From the NCBI GenBank assembly GCA_050178795.1, contig JBFXFT010000004.1, positions 25,630-89,629 of the forward strand: a stretch of DNA of 64,000 bases, in the 5' to 3' direction. Shown here piece by piece: positions 1-7,939 of the stretch; position 1 is the first letter of the stretch, and each line of letters begins with the position of its first letter. The position numbers and the translations under genes are program-made. This DNA is from Spirochaetales bacterium (GTDB lineage Bacteria > Bacillota > Clostridia > Christensenellales > UBA1242). The notes under the pieces are model-generated. The model saw only the letters and a program-made list of their open reading frames with translations. It was not told the DNA's origin and did not search any database.

Positions 1-1
1 A

Positions 2-1525
2 GTTGCTTACTGAAAGTTTGCTTGAAGTATTGAAGTCTGCAAGGGTCTTTATGGAGTCCCAGAAGTGTTTTATGTATTTTGCATTTGAATTTTTTAATAA
101 ATCTGCTAGTGGGGAACTATTTAGTTCCATACTATTTGGCTCGGAATGTAAAAACTCTCTTGCTGTCCTCGTTATTACGTTGTTTATGTTCTTGTTTGAA
201 GCGAGGTAGTAAACATAGGCATTTAGTAGCATTACAACCTCTTGTATGTAAGGTTTGTCTTCAATATTGCTTTGATTTACGGTATTTAGTAGGTCTTTGA
301 ACTCTCTTGAACTGTTTGTTATTATCATTTCCCTTACTATGTGCATAAGTGCAATTTTAAAGGCGCTTTGCTCTGTTAAATTGTCTTGTTGTGGGTGAAT
401 TAATGTATTAAATAATATGGATAGCAGTTTATTTTTGGTAGGGGCAGGCACTTTTGAATTTAGTAATATAGAGGTGTAATAGTTGTAAAATGAACTTGCA
501 ACGCTATTTACAAAATTGTTGTCGCCTTTAATTTTGCTCCACTCTGATAGGTGCTCGTGAATGTTGTATTCTTCAATGTCTAGTGTAGTATAGTTTACAA
601 ACCTTAGAGATACGCTTTCAATAAGTTCGCTTATTATGCTTGAATATTCGCTCTCTGTAATTTCTGAACTGATATAATTTGTAAGCAATGTGTCTAGCGT
701 TTCAAAATTGTTGGTCCTTATTAAGTCAATAAGGTTGTTTTTTAAACTCTTTAATACTTGTGGAATATAACTTGTCTTGTCGCTCATTTTTAAATTTTGA
801 TATATGTGAAGTAGAAAGGTTATGTTATATTCGGTTCTTTTTAATTCGTTGTTTGTAATCCTTCTTTTTGTTTCATTTTCAAGCGACAAAATTAGTTGTT
901 TTAAGTCAAGAATGGTCTTTCCTGTATTTATTTCCTTTTTTACTATTTTGTCTACGCGGTTTACGATTACGCGAGAGTTAAATACATAAGAAAACGCATT
1001 ATTTAGCATATAAATAATAAAGAACAGGTTTGCAGCGGTAACCACTAAAACAGCAGGTGCTAACCCCAAAAGAACAAATGGAATATTCAATAAAACTAGC
1101 AATATACACATTATGCTTTGGTGCCAAAAACTAACCTCAAAAAAGTTGATTCTCGCCATTAAAATGTCCTTTATTGAAAGTCCATAAAATATGTCCTTTA
1201 CTATGCTTGTCATAATGTTAGAAATAAAGAAGGCAAGAACTGTTACGGTTGCTTGAACCGCCCAAGCCGAGTAAATAAATTGAGTGTTGCCTACAAGTAG
1301 TGTTGCAAGGTAACTTGACCCAAAAACATTGGCAACAAGAAAGTCGGCTAGAATGGCAAGTCCTGTAAAAAGTACAAGCCAAAAAGTGATAGATAGCAAG
1401 TTTTGCAAACTATTTACTTTGCTTAACTTACTTGCTGGCACATATTTTTTTGCAAACATTTTTGCAAAACCCTTACCTAATTTTTTAAAAAAGTTACCAA
1501 TTCTACCAAACATTTTTTTGAACAT
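2..1525 (-). CDS. hypothetical multi-pass membrane protein; C-terminus cut by left window edge
   Basis: Not in the ORF track because it runs off the window. Minus-strand frame read by hand from ATG 1525-1523 (MFKKMFGRIGNFFKKLGKGF...), with GAGGT about 9 nt upstream. No in-frame stops where checked base by base (2-121, 1142-1200). Hydrophobic helices in the first ~150 aa, then a soluble region. It explains the ORF-free gap 300-1329. No family recognised. Confidence 0.6.
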   Translation of the reverse strand, partial: MFKKMFGRIGNFFKKLGKGFAKMFAKKYVPASKLSKVNSLQNLLSITFWLVLFTGLAILADFLVANVFGSSYLATLLVGNTQFIYSAWAVQATVTVLAFFISNIMTSIVKDIFYGLSIKDILMARINFFEVSFWHQSIMCILLVLLNIPFVLLGLAPAVLVVTAANLFFIIYMLNNAFSYVFNSRVIVNRVDKIVKKEINTGKTILDLKQLILSLENETKRRITNNELKRTEYNITFLLHIYQNLKMSDKTSYIPQVLKSLKNNLIDLIRTNNFETLDTLLTNYISSEITESEYSSIISELIESVSLRFVNYTTLDIEEYNIHEHLSEWSKIKGDNNFVNSVASSFYNYYTSILLNSKVPAPTKNKLLSILFNTLIHPQQDNLTEQSAFKIALMHIVREMIITNSSREFKDLLNTVNQSNIEDKPYIQEVVMLLNAYVYYLASNKNINNVITRTAREFLHSEPNSMELNSSPLADLLKNSNAKYIKHFWDSIKTLADFNTSSKLSVSN

Positions 1526-1675
1526 ATTTAACTTACCTCTTGCATCTAAAAAATTATAATTAAAGTATAACAAATTTAAAAAAGTGCGTAAAGCAAAAGC
1601 GCTCAGCAAAAAGACAATATATTTGTTATATATAATTATACTGAGTAAAAAAGTTTAGTTTTTATGGTTTAAAGA

Positions 1676-1704
1676 TTGACAAACAAGGGTTTATATAGTA
1701 TTAT
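1676..1704 (+). promoter_or_regulatory. sigma-A type promoter of the rplU operon
   Basis: TTGACA (1676-1681), 17-nt spacer, TATTAT (1699-1704). Confidence 0.6.
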
Positions 1705-1705
1705 T

Positions 1706-1786
1706 TGTTTTGAGCCGCGTGGTTTGGGTAACAAAGTGTATTTTCTACCACCTAAAACAGCGAGTACGAAGTAAGGAGGACCTAAA
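1706..1786 (+). promoter_or_regulatory. structured 5' leader upstream of rplU (L21-leader-like)
   Basis: About 80-nt leader between promoter and SD. gtttt..gtgg (1706-1722) can pair with ccac..aaaac (1748-1758). Position matches the L21 leader known in Firmicutes. Not verified against a covariance model. Confidence 0.4.
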
Positions 1787-2098
1787 ATGTACGCAGTAGT
1801 AAAGACTGGTGGTAAGCAATATACTGTTGAACCAAACCAAGTTTTTGAGACCGAAAAATTGGACTTAGAAGTAGGCACAAAATTTGAACTAGACGCACTA
1901 ATGGTTGTAGACGACAAAAAAGTAGTTACAGGCGCACCTGTAGTTAAAGACTACAAAGTTGTTGTTGAAGTTGTAAACCATGGCAAAGACGCTAAAGTTG
2001 TTGTATACAAATACAAACCTAAAAAACGTGTTAGAACAAAACAAGGACACAGACAACAATTTACAGCACTAAAAGTATTAGAAATTGTAAAGAAGTAG
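1787..2098 (+). CDS. rplU: 50S ribosomal protein L21
   Basis: MYAVVKTGGKQYTVEPN canonical N-terminus, AGGAGG SD, rplU-prp-rpmA context. Confidence 0.95.
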   Translation: MYAVVKTGGKQYTVEPNQVFETEKLDLEVGTKFELDALMVVDDKKVVTGAPVVKDYKVVVEVVNHGKDAKVVVYKYKPKKRVRTKQGHRQQFTALKVLEIVKK

Positions 2099-2102
2099 TT
2101 AA

Positions 2103-2444
2103 ATGACAAAAGTAAAAATTGTAAAAAGAAATAATGACATAGTTGAAGTCATTGCTGACGGTCATACAGGTTATGGCGCAAGTGGAGAAGATATTGTTTG
2201 TTCTGCTTTAAGCAGTGTGGTTCAAACCTGTGCTCTAGGTTTACTTGGCGTTGCAAAAGTTAACGCTAAAATAGTGAGGGACGACAAACTAGGCTATATT
2301 AAAATTAGTTTACCTAGGGAGTTATCTAAAGAGCAAAGGCACGATTGCAACCTTATTTTAAACACTATGTTAATAGGTATTTCGGATTTGCATGAAGGCT
2401 ACTCAGATTTTATTGAATTGGAGGTATTAAATGATGTTTATTAA
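2103..2444 (+). CDS. prp: ribosomal-processing cysteine protease Prp (YsxB family)
   Basis: 113 aa between rplU and rpmA, with GHTGYG...DIVCSALS His/Cys motifs. Confidence 0.85.
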   Translation: MTKVKIVKRNNDIVEVIADGHTGYGASGEDIVCSALSSVVQTCALGLLGVAKVNAKIVRDDKLGYIKISLPRELSKEQRHDCNLILNTMLIGISDLHEGYSDFIELEVLNDVY

Positions 2445-2712
2445 TATACAACTATTCGCTCACAAAAAGGGCGGCGGAAGCACTAAAAACGGTAGAGACA
2501 GCAATTCTAAACGTTTAGGCGTAAAGAGGACTGACGGTCAAGTTGTTAGCGCTGGTAGCATTTTGGTTAGACAAAAAGGCACTAGTGTACACCCAGGCAA
2601 CAATGTTGGAATGGGCAAAGACTATACACTTTTCTCACTTGTTGATGGCGTTGTAAAATTTGAAAACAAAACTCAAAAAGTTAAAAAAGTAAGCGTTTAT
2701 CCTGAAAATTAA
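2431..2712 (+). CDS. rpmA: 50S ribosomal protein L27 with N-terminal propeptide
   Basis: [22 protein letters not shown] core preceded by [10 protein letters not shown] extension (Prp cleavage-type F-A/H junction). Overlaps the prp end by 14 nt. Confidence 0.95.
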   Translation: MMFINIQLFAHKKGGGSTKNGRDSNSKRLGVKRTDGQVVSAGSILVRQKGTSVHPGNNVGMGKDYTLFSLVDGVVKFENKTQKVKKVSVYPEN

Positions 2713-2733
2713 TTTTATTAAACACATAAATTT

Positions 2734-2758
2734 AAAAGAGTATTTTTTACTCTTTTTT
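2734..2758 (+). terminator. intrinsic terminator after rpmA
   Basis: aaaagagta/tactctttt stem followed by a T-run. Confidence 0.75.
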
Positions 2759-2795
2759 ATTGTATTAATTGTACTCTTGTGTTAAAATTTGAACT

Positions 2796-3650
2796 ATGAA
2801 TTATTTAAAAGAAAAAAATAAAATAACGATTTATGATATAGATAGTTTTAATGTAACTCACATATTTGAATGCGGGCAAGTTTTTAGGTACACCAAGACC
2901 GATGAATACTATGAAGCAGTAAGTAAAGACCAAATTGCAAGGGTCTATAGTTATGAAAATAGAGTAGAAATTTTGTGCAGTGATGAAGATTATTTTGAGA
3001 ACTACTTTGATTTAAAGACCGACTATAAACAAATAAAAAATAGCCTTAAAGCGTTCAAAATAGACGCTTTAAATATGGCAATAGACTATGGCTATGGCAT
3101 ACGAATTTTAAGGCAAGACGAACTTGAAACAATAATAAGTTTTATAATAAGTGCAAACAACAACATAAAGCGCATTCAAGGCAGTTTAAAAAAACTTAGT
3201 GAACGCTTTGGAACTAAACTAAAAAGCAAAATATTTGGCGAATATTACGCCTTTCCAACCCTAAAACAACTATCTAAAATTAATGAGGCACAGTTTGTTG
3301 AACTAGGTACAGGTTACAGGGCAGGGCAACTAGTAAAAGCCATTTTACAACTACAAAATATGAACTTAAAAAATGTTTATAATTTAAGCACAAATACTGC
3401 TACAAATACCTTCATTGAAATGAGCGGAATTGGTCCTAAAGTTGCCGATTGTGTGCTACTATTTGGCTACTATAAAATGGACGTTTTTCCAGTAGATACT
3501 TGGATTGAAAAGGTTTTTAACCATTATTTTTGTAACGGTAATCCGCTTACGAATAGGCCATTAATAAGGAAAGAATTAGTAAAAATATTTGACGGTTTAA
3601 GTGGCTATGCACAACAATATTTGTTCTATTATGAGCGCACACAAAAGTAA
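2796..3650 (+). CDS. ogg: 8-oxoguanine DNA glycosylase (HhH-GPD family)
   Basis: HhH-GPD region GIGPKVADCVLLFG...VFPVDTW; 284 aa. Confidence 0.8.
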   Translation: MNYLKEKNKITIYDIDSFNVTHIFECGQVFRYTKTDEYYEAVSKDQIARVYSYENRVEILCSDEDYFENYFDLKTDYKQIKNSLKAFKIDALNMAIDYGYGIRILRQDELETIISFIISANNNIKRIQGSLKKLSERFGTKLKSKIFGEYYAFPTLKQLSKINEAQFVELGTGYRAGQLVKAILQLQNMNLKNVYNLSTNTATNTFIEMSGIGPKVADCVLLFGYYKMDVFPVDTWIEKVFNHYFCNGNPLTNRPLIRKELVKIFDGLSGYAQQYLFYYERTQK

Positions 3651-3671
3651 ATTTTTGAAGTGCGCTTTTTT
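3634..3671 (+). terminator. possible terminator after ogg (stem overlaps CDS end)
   Basis: agcgcac (3634-3640) pairs with gtgcgct (3660-3666), then tttttt. The loop is long (19 nt). Confidence 0.45.
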
Positions 3672-3744
3672 ATTTAAAAATGTAAAAAAATGTCGCAAAT
3701 AGTCTAAAATTTACTTGCCACAAAATTTGTTTTATGATAACCTT

Positions 3745-3833
3745 TTACACGGAAACAAAATCCCCAATTTTTGTTTCTGATATTTAACCTTATATGGGGA
3801 AGCGACTTTTTTTAAAAAGGTCGCTTCTTTGTT
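3745..3833 (+). ncRNA. candidate small RNA: C-rich-loop hairpin plus own terminator (RsaE/RoxS-like architecture)
   Basis: Hairpin gaaacaaaa-tccccaat-ttttgtttc (3752-3777). Then a long hairpin gaagcgac..gtcgcttc (3799-3827) followed by tttgtt. Lies between the ogg terminator and the nfeD promoter. Confidence 0.3.
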
Positions 3834-3886
3834 ACTAAAAAAGAGCATTTATTACCTTAAAATTTGTAAAAAATTAAAAATAACTA

Positions 3887-3915
3887 TTTATTTTTTGTTT
3901 TTACTATGTTATAAT
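3887..3915 (+). promoter_or_regulatory. extended -10 promoter for nfeD-floA
   Basis: TGtTATAAT at 3907-3915; weak -35 (tttatt). Confidence 0.4.
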
Positions 3916-3948
3916 TAAACATAAATATAATATTTAGTAGGAGGCTAC

Positions 3949-4470
3949 TTGTCTATGTGGGAGCAAATTGTTACTCTATTTACTGAAATGGGTACACTAT
4001 CGGCAGTCTTTTTGCTGATTGGTATGGTGCTTGGCATAATTGAAGTTTTTATACCTGGTTTTGGCATCTTTGGCATTATGGGCATAATTATGAGTGTTCT
4101 AGGCATAGTGTTTAGAATTTTGGTCGGCATTAGTCTAACCCAAGTATTTATTTTAATATTTATTGTGTTGGCTGCGTTCTTACTATTGTTCCTTATTTTT
4201 ACTTATTCCGCTAGGTTCGGACTTTTAAGTAGAACAGGAATTGTTGAAAGCGGTACAGCCGTTTCAAAGGACTATAATAGCGACGCTAAAAACTTTGCTT
4301 ATTTACTTGGAAAAATTGGTGCAACTTCAACGGTTTGTAAACCAGTTGGAAAAGTTACAATAGAAAACGTTGACTATCAAGTATTCTCAAGCGGAGAGTA
4401 TTTGCCAAAAGGTGTAAACGTAAAAGTTATTGAAGTAGATGGTTCAAATATCATCGTAAAAAAAATATAG
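3949..4470 (+). CDS. nfeD: NfeD-family membrane protein
   Basis: TM helices followed by a C-terminal beta domain (KVIEVDGSNIIVKKI), directly upstream of floA. TTG 3949 or ATG 3955 after AGGAGG. Confidence 0.75.
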   Translation: MSMWEQIVTLFTEMGTLSAVFLLIGMVLGIIEVFIPGFGIFGIMGIIMSVLGIVFRILVGISLTQVFILIFIVLAAFLLLFLIFTYSARFGLLSRTGIVESGTAVSKDYNSDAKNFAYLLGKIGATSTVCKPVGKVTIENVDYQVFSSGEYLPKGVNVKVIEVDGSNIIVKKI

Positions 4471-4494
4471 ACAAATTATTAGGAGAAGAAGATT

Positions 4495-5553
4495 ATGTTA
4501 AATTTATTAGGTGCTGCTTTAAGTCAAGATGTAATATGGTTCATAGCATTAGGTGCTTTAATCATAGTTATTGCCATAGTTGTGGCAATAGTTCCAGTTA
4601 AAGTTTGGTTTAGGTGTTTAGTTTCTGGCGCGCATGTTGGTATGGGAAGACTAATCGGTATGCGTATGAGGGGCGTTAACACTAAGTTAATTACTGAGTC
4701 ATACATAAGCGCTAAAAAAGCAGGTTTAAATTTGAGTATTGCCGAACTAGAAACTCACTACATGGCAGGCGGTAATGTTGATAAAGTTGTTTGGGCTTTA
4801 ATTTCAGCACACAGTGCTAAACTTAGCCTATCTACCGAACTTGCAAAGGCAATTGACCTTGCAGGAAGAGACGTTCAAAAAGCCGTTGAGGAAAGCGTTA
4901 CTCCAAGGGTTATTATGACTAACGAAATAAGCGCCGTTGCTAAAAATGGTATTGAATTAAAGGTTACCGCAAGGGTTACCGTTAGAACAAATTTGGAAAG
5001 ATTAATTGGTGGTGCTGGTGAGCAAACAATTATTTCACGTGTTGGTGAAGGTATTGTAACAACAGTAGGTTCTGCAGAGACTCACGAACAAGTTTTGCAA
5101 AACCCAGATGCAATTTCTGCCGTTATTCAAGAGAAAGGTCTTGATGATGGAACAGCCTTCCAAATTATTTCTGTAGATATTGCAGATATTGATGTTGGAC
5201 GTAACATAGGTGCTGACCTTCAAACCTTCCGTGCAGAAGCAGATAAGATTATTGCTCAAGCAAAGGCAGAGGAAAGAAAGGCAGAGGCTATCGCCCTAGA
5301 ACACGAAATGAGAGCTATGAGCGAGAGTATGCGTAGTAAATTACTTGAGGCAGAGTCTAACGTTCCAAAAGCGTTGGCAGAAGCCTTTAAAGACGGAAAA
5401 ATTGGTGTTATGGACTACTACAAAATGCAAAACCTTATCTCTGATACTACTATGAGAAACGCACTTGGTGGCAAACAAGACAACACTGTAACTCCTAAGA
5501 GTTTACCAGACAGCAGTTCATCAACTTCTAGAAGACCAAGCAAAAAATCTTAA
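4495..5553 (+). CDS. floA: flotillin-like protein FloA (SPFH, YqfA/UPF0365)
   Basis: N-terminal TM, then WFRCLVSGAHVGMGRLIGMRMRGV and an SPFH body. nfeD-floA pairing. Confidence 0.9.
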   Translation: MLNLLGAALSQDVIWFIALGALIIVIAIVVAIVPVKVWFRCLVSGAHVGMGRLIGMRMRGVNTKLITESYISAKKAGLNLSIAELETHYMAGGNVDKVVWALISAHSAKLSLSTELAKAIDLAGRDVQKAVEESVTPRVIMTNEISAVAKNGIELKVTARVTVRTNLERLIGGAGEQTIISRVGEGIVTTVGSAETHEQVLQNPDAISAVIQEKGLDDGTAFQIISVDIADIDVGRNIGADLQTFRAEADKIIAQAKAEERKAEAIALEHEMRAMSESMRSKLLEAESNVPKALAEAFKDGKIGVMDYYKMQNLISDTTMRNALGGKQDNTVTPKSLPDSSSSTSRRPSKKS

Positions 5554-5571
5554 AACCGTAGGAGGTAATTG

Positions 5572-6054
5572 ATGAAACCTGAATACATTATTATAATTAT
5601 TTTCGGGTTGCTTGCAGTTTATATAATAGTGGAATCACTTATAAATAGCAGTAAGGTAAAAAAGTCCAAGACAGACGCAAAAAAGCCTGACGATAAAGGC
5701 AAAAAAGCAAGCGATGTTGTGGAATTAAAATCTGTCATTACTCCTAGAATAGATGGAGAGGCTGTAGAAAGAAAGAGCAATGAAGACGCTCTAAAAGAAG
5801 CGGCAGCAGAGAGCATACAACTAGAAAAAGAGTGGAAAGATTCCCTTTTAAAAGAAGAACAAGTAGCAGCGCAAAAAATTGAAGAAAAAAATAAACAAGA
5901 AGAGTTAGAAAAAAAAGTAGCAGAAATGCGAAGAAGACTTGACGCAATAGAACTAAGTGACGAGGAAGAAACCTTTGTAGACGAAGTTTCTATGCTAAGT
6001 CCAGAGTTAAAAGCTATACTTTTTGCGGATCTTCTTAAACGCAAAGACTATTAA
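5572..6054 (+). CDS. hypothetical membrane-anchored E/K-rich coiled-coil protein (position of B. subtilis yqfB)
   Basis: GGAGG 6 nt before ATG 5572. One N-terminal TM (IIIIIFGLLAVYIIV), then a charged helical region. Confidence 0.6.
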   Translation: MKPEYIIIIIFGLLAVYIIVESLINSSKVKKSKTDAKKPDDKGKKASDVVELKSVITPRIDGEAVERKSNEDALKEAAAESIQLEKEWKDSLLKEEQVAAQKIEEKNKQEELEKKVAEMRRRLDAIELSDEEETFVDEVSMLSPELKAILFADLLKRKDY

Positions 6055-6185
6055 AACAGTTTAAATTTGGTCAATCTCATCGTTTACTGCGGTGCCAAGT
6101 CAAACAGTCACATATTACATATATGCTCCTGCTTGAACTTGACACCGCGAGCCTTGACCTTGACACAAATTTAAACTGTTTTTTT
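6053..6185 (+). repeat. structured repeat, full copy 1 (subfamily A)
   Basis: P1 6053-6074/6160-6182 (22 bp); CGTTTACT 6081-6088; P2 6089-6101/6135-6148; AAACAGTC 6102-6109; P3 6110-6125; CTCCTGCTT 6126-6134; GAGCCTTG 6149-6156; T-run 6179-6185. Confidence 0.9.
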
Positions 6186-6199
6186 GTTGCAGTAAAATA

Positions 6200-6249
6200 A
6201 TTACAAAATTGTGTGAGCATTTTTCTTGCACAAATTAAACTATTTTTTT
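6200..6249 (+). repeat. 3' fragment of the structured repeat (copy 1b)
   Basis: attacaaaat junction, then gtgtGAGCAtttttcttgcacaaattaaactattttttt. Near-identical to the 3' part of copy 3 (gtgtGAGCCttgttcttgcacaaattaattcttttt). Confidence 0.75.
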
Positions 6250-6358
6250 GTCACGGTATTTTTAAGGGCGCTAAAGTTTTTGTGGCTATTCCTTTTGCTC
6301 GTTTTGGTTTAATGTGTTAAAATAATTATATACTTTAAATTTTAAGGAAATATTTGAT

Positions 6359-6844
6359 ATGATAACTTTTGTAAACAATACTCTAGAAAAAGAGACAACT
6401 AAATTGTTAAAAAAAATATACAACAGAACTTTGCGCATGGAAGGGCAAAGAGTACATAAAATTGAGGCTTGTTTGGAGTTTGTAAATAACGAGGCAATGC
6501 AAGAATTAAATAACAGAACAAGAAAAATAGATAGACCTACCGATGTTTTAAGTTTTCCAAACCTTGACGACGTTTTTAACAAAAAAATCAACAAAAAAAC
6601 ATACCCAATGGAGTTAGACCCAAAGACAAATAAAATACTTCTTGGCGATGTAGTAATAAATTTAGACATGGCAAAAGAGCAAGCGGACGAGTACGGACAC
6701 TCATTAAATAGGGAAATTTGCTACCTATTTGTTCACGGTTTACTTCATTTACTAGGCTACGATCACGAAGATGAGTTAGACAAAAACTTAATGCGCGGTC
6801 AAGAAGAGGCAATTTTAACAAAATTTAGACTTTTAAGGGTCTAA
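6359..6844 (+). CDS. ybeY: rRNA maturation endoribonuclease YbeY
   Basis: HGLLHLLGYDH metal-binding motif; upstream of era. Confidence 0.9.
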   Translation: MITFVNNTLEKETTKLLKKIYNRTLRMEGQRVHKIEACLEFVNNEAMQELNNRTRKIDRPTDVLSFPNLDDVFNKKINKKTYPMELDPKTNKILLGDVVINLDMAKEQADEYGHSLNREICYLFVHGLLHLLGYDHEDELDKNLMRGQEEAILTKFRLLRV

Positions 6845-6866
6845 AATAAATAAAAAAGGACGATTT

Positions 6867-7757
6867 ATGTTTAAGAGCGGTTTTGTAACCATAATAGGTA
6901 AGCCAAATGTTGGCAAGAGTACCTTACTAAATAGAATAATAAACGAAAAAGTTTCAATAGTTTCGCCAAAGCCACAAACTACTAGAAACAACATAACAGG
7001 CATTTTGAATGGCGAAGGTTACCAAGCAGTGTTTTTAGACACTCCGGGTATGTTAAAACCAAAAAGTAAGTTGGACGAATATATGTTGCAGTCAATAAAC
7101 GCTTCACTAGATGGAATTGATGTAATTTTATATCTATTAGACGCAGGCAAGCCTTTTAGCGATGATGAACTAAACCTAATTGAAGGTTATGCAAATGGCG
7201 ACGCCAAGTTAATTTTGGTAGTAAATAAAATTGACGAAACCAATTTTGAAAACCTATACCCAAAACTTGACAGGCTAAACAAACTAAAAAATATTGTAGA
7301 CATAATACCAGTGAGCGCCCAAAAAGGCAAAAATGTAGACGTACTTGTAGAGGCGGTGTTAAAACTACTTCCTGAGGGCATAAAATACTATCCAGACGAC
7401 GAGCACACAGACAGTTCAGAAAGGTTTCTAGTAACCGAAATAATAAGGGAAAAAGCGCTTTGGCACTTGCAACAAGAAATACCTCACGGAATAGCAGTAA
7501 TTTTAGAGCGATTTGAACAAAAATCAAAAATTATTGAAATAGACGCCCTAATTATTTGCGAAAAGGCATCGCATAAGAATATAATAATAGGTAAGAAGGG
7601 TGAGATGTTAAAGAAAATTGCAACCAATGCAAGGCTTGACATTGAAAAACTTTTAAACAGCAAAGTGTATTTAAATATTTTCGTAAAAGTAAAGGACAAA
7701 TGGAGGGACAATTTAACTGAAGTAAACGCTTTTGGTTATAAGAAGGACGAAATTTAA
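6867..7757 (+). CDS. era: GTPase Era
   Basis: GKPNVGKSTLLN, DTPG, NKID, C-terminal KH domain. Confidence 0.95.
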   Translation: MFKSGFVTIIGKPNVGKSTLLNRIINEKVSIVSPKPQTTRNNITGILNGEGYQAVFLDTPGMLKPKSKLDEYMLQSINASLDGIDVILYLLDAGKPFSDDELNLIEGYANGDAKLILVVNKIDETNFENLYPKLDRLNKLKNIVDIIPVSAQKGKNVDVLVEAVLKLLPEGIKYYPDDEHTDSSERFLVTEIIREKALWHLQQEIPHGIAVILERFEQKSKIIEIDALIICEKASHKNIIIGKKGEMLKKIATNARLDIEKLLNSKVYLNIFVKVKDKWRDNLTEVNAFGYKKDEI

Positions 7758-7774
7758 TTATAGGAGGTGTGAAT

Positions 7775-7939
7775 ATGACAAAATTTGCTAATGACTTTAC
7801 TAAATTAGTGTGGGAGAATTTTGAAGCCACAGGTAAAGTGGGATTATTTATGTTGTATTTTGCGCTTCAATACCCAGAAAAAGTGGCTTACAGGTTAGGT
7901 TCGGAGTTTGAAACAATAGAGGACATAAAGGAACTTTAA
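7775..7939 (+). CDS. yqzL: YqzL-like small protein (54 aa, below ORF-track cutoff)
   Basis: GGAGG SD, ATG 7775, MTKFANDFTKLVWENFEATGKVGLFMLYFAL... TAATG overlap with recO. era-yqzL-recO order as in Bacillus. Confidence 0.65.
   Translation: MTKFANDFTKLVWENFEATGKVGLFMLYFALQYPEKVAYRLGSEFETIEDIKEL

Noticed and set aside
3-300. Plus-strand ORFs 3-209, 79-300 and 1329-1559
   Set aside because: They are short, overlap the long minus-strand membrane-protein frame that is open across the whole region, and have no SD or motifs.
5619-6044. 141-aa and 67-aa minus-strand ORFs antisense to the E/K-rich gene
   Set aside because: These are typical antisense artefacts of GAA/AAA-rich coding sequence (S/F/L-rich translation), with no SD. 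The sense gene has an SD and a TM segment and sits in the position yqfB occupies in Bacillus.
6053-6185. Alternative readings of the structured repeats: a CRISPR array, integron attC sites, a small-peptide gene or type I toxin, a hammerhead or other small ribozyme, or group II intron domain V
   Set aside because: The copies are kilobases apart and not regularly spaced, and no cas genes are present. The GTTRRRY/RYYYAAC attC boxes fit only copy 5 partially, and there is no integrase. The only ORF (ATG 6123, 25 codons) is stopped after 4 codons in copy 2, and the antisense AGGAG...ATG is followed immediately by TAA in copy 1 and has no ATG in copy 3. There is no CUGAUGA/GAAA hammerhead core. GAGCC is not followed by the domain V hairpin.
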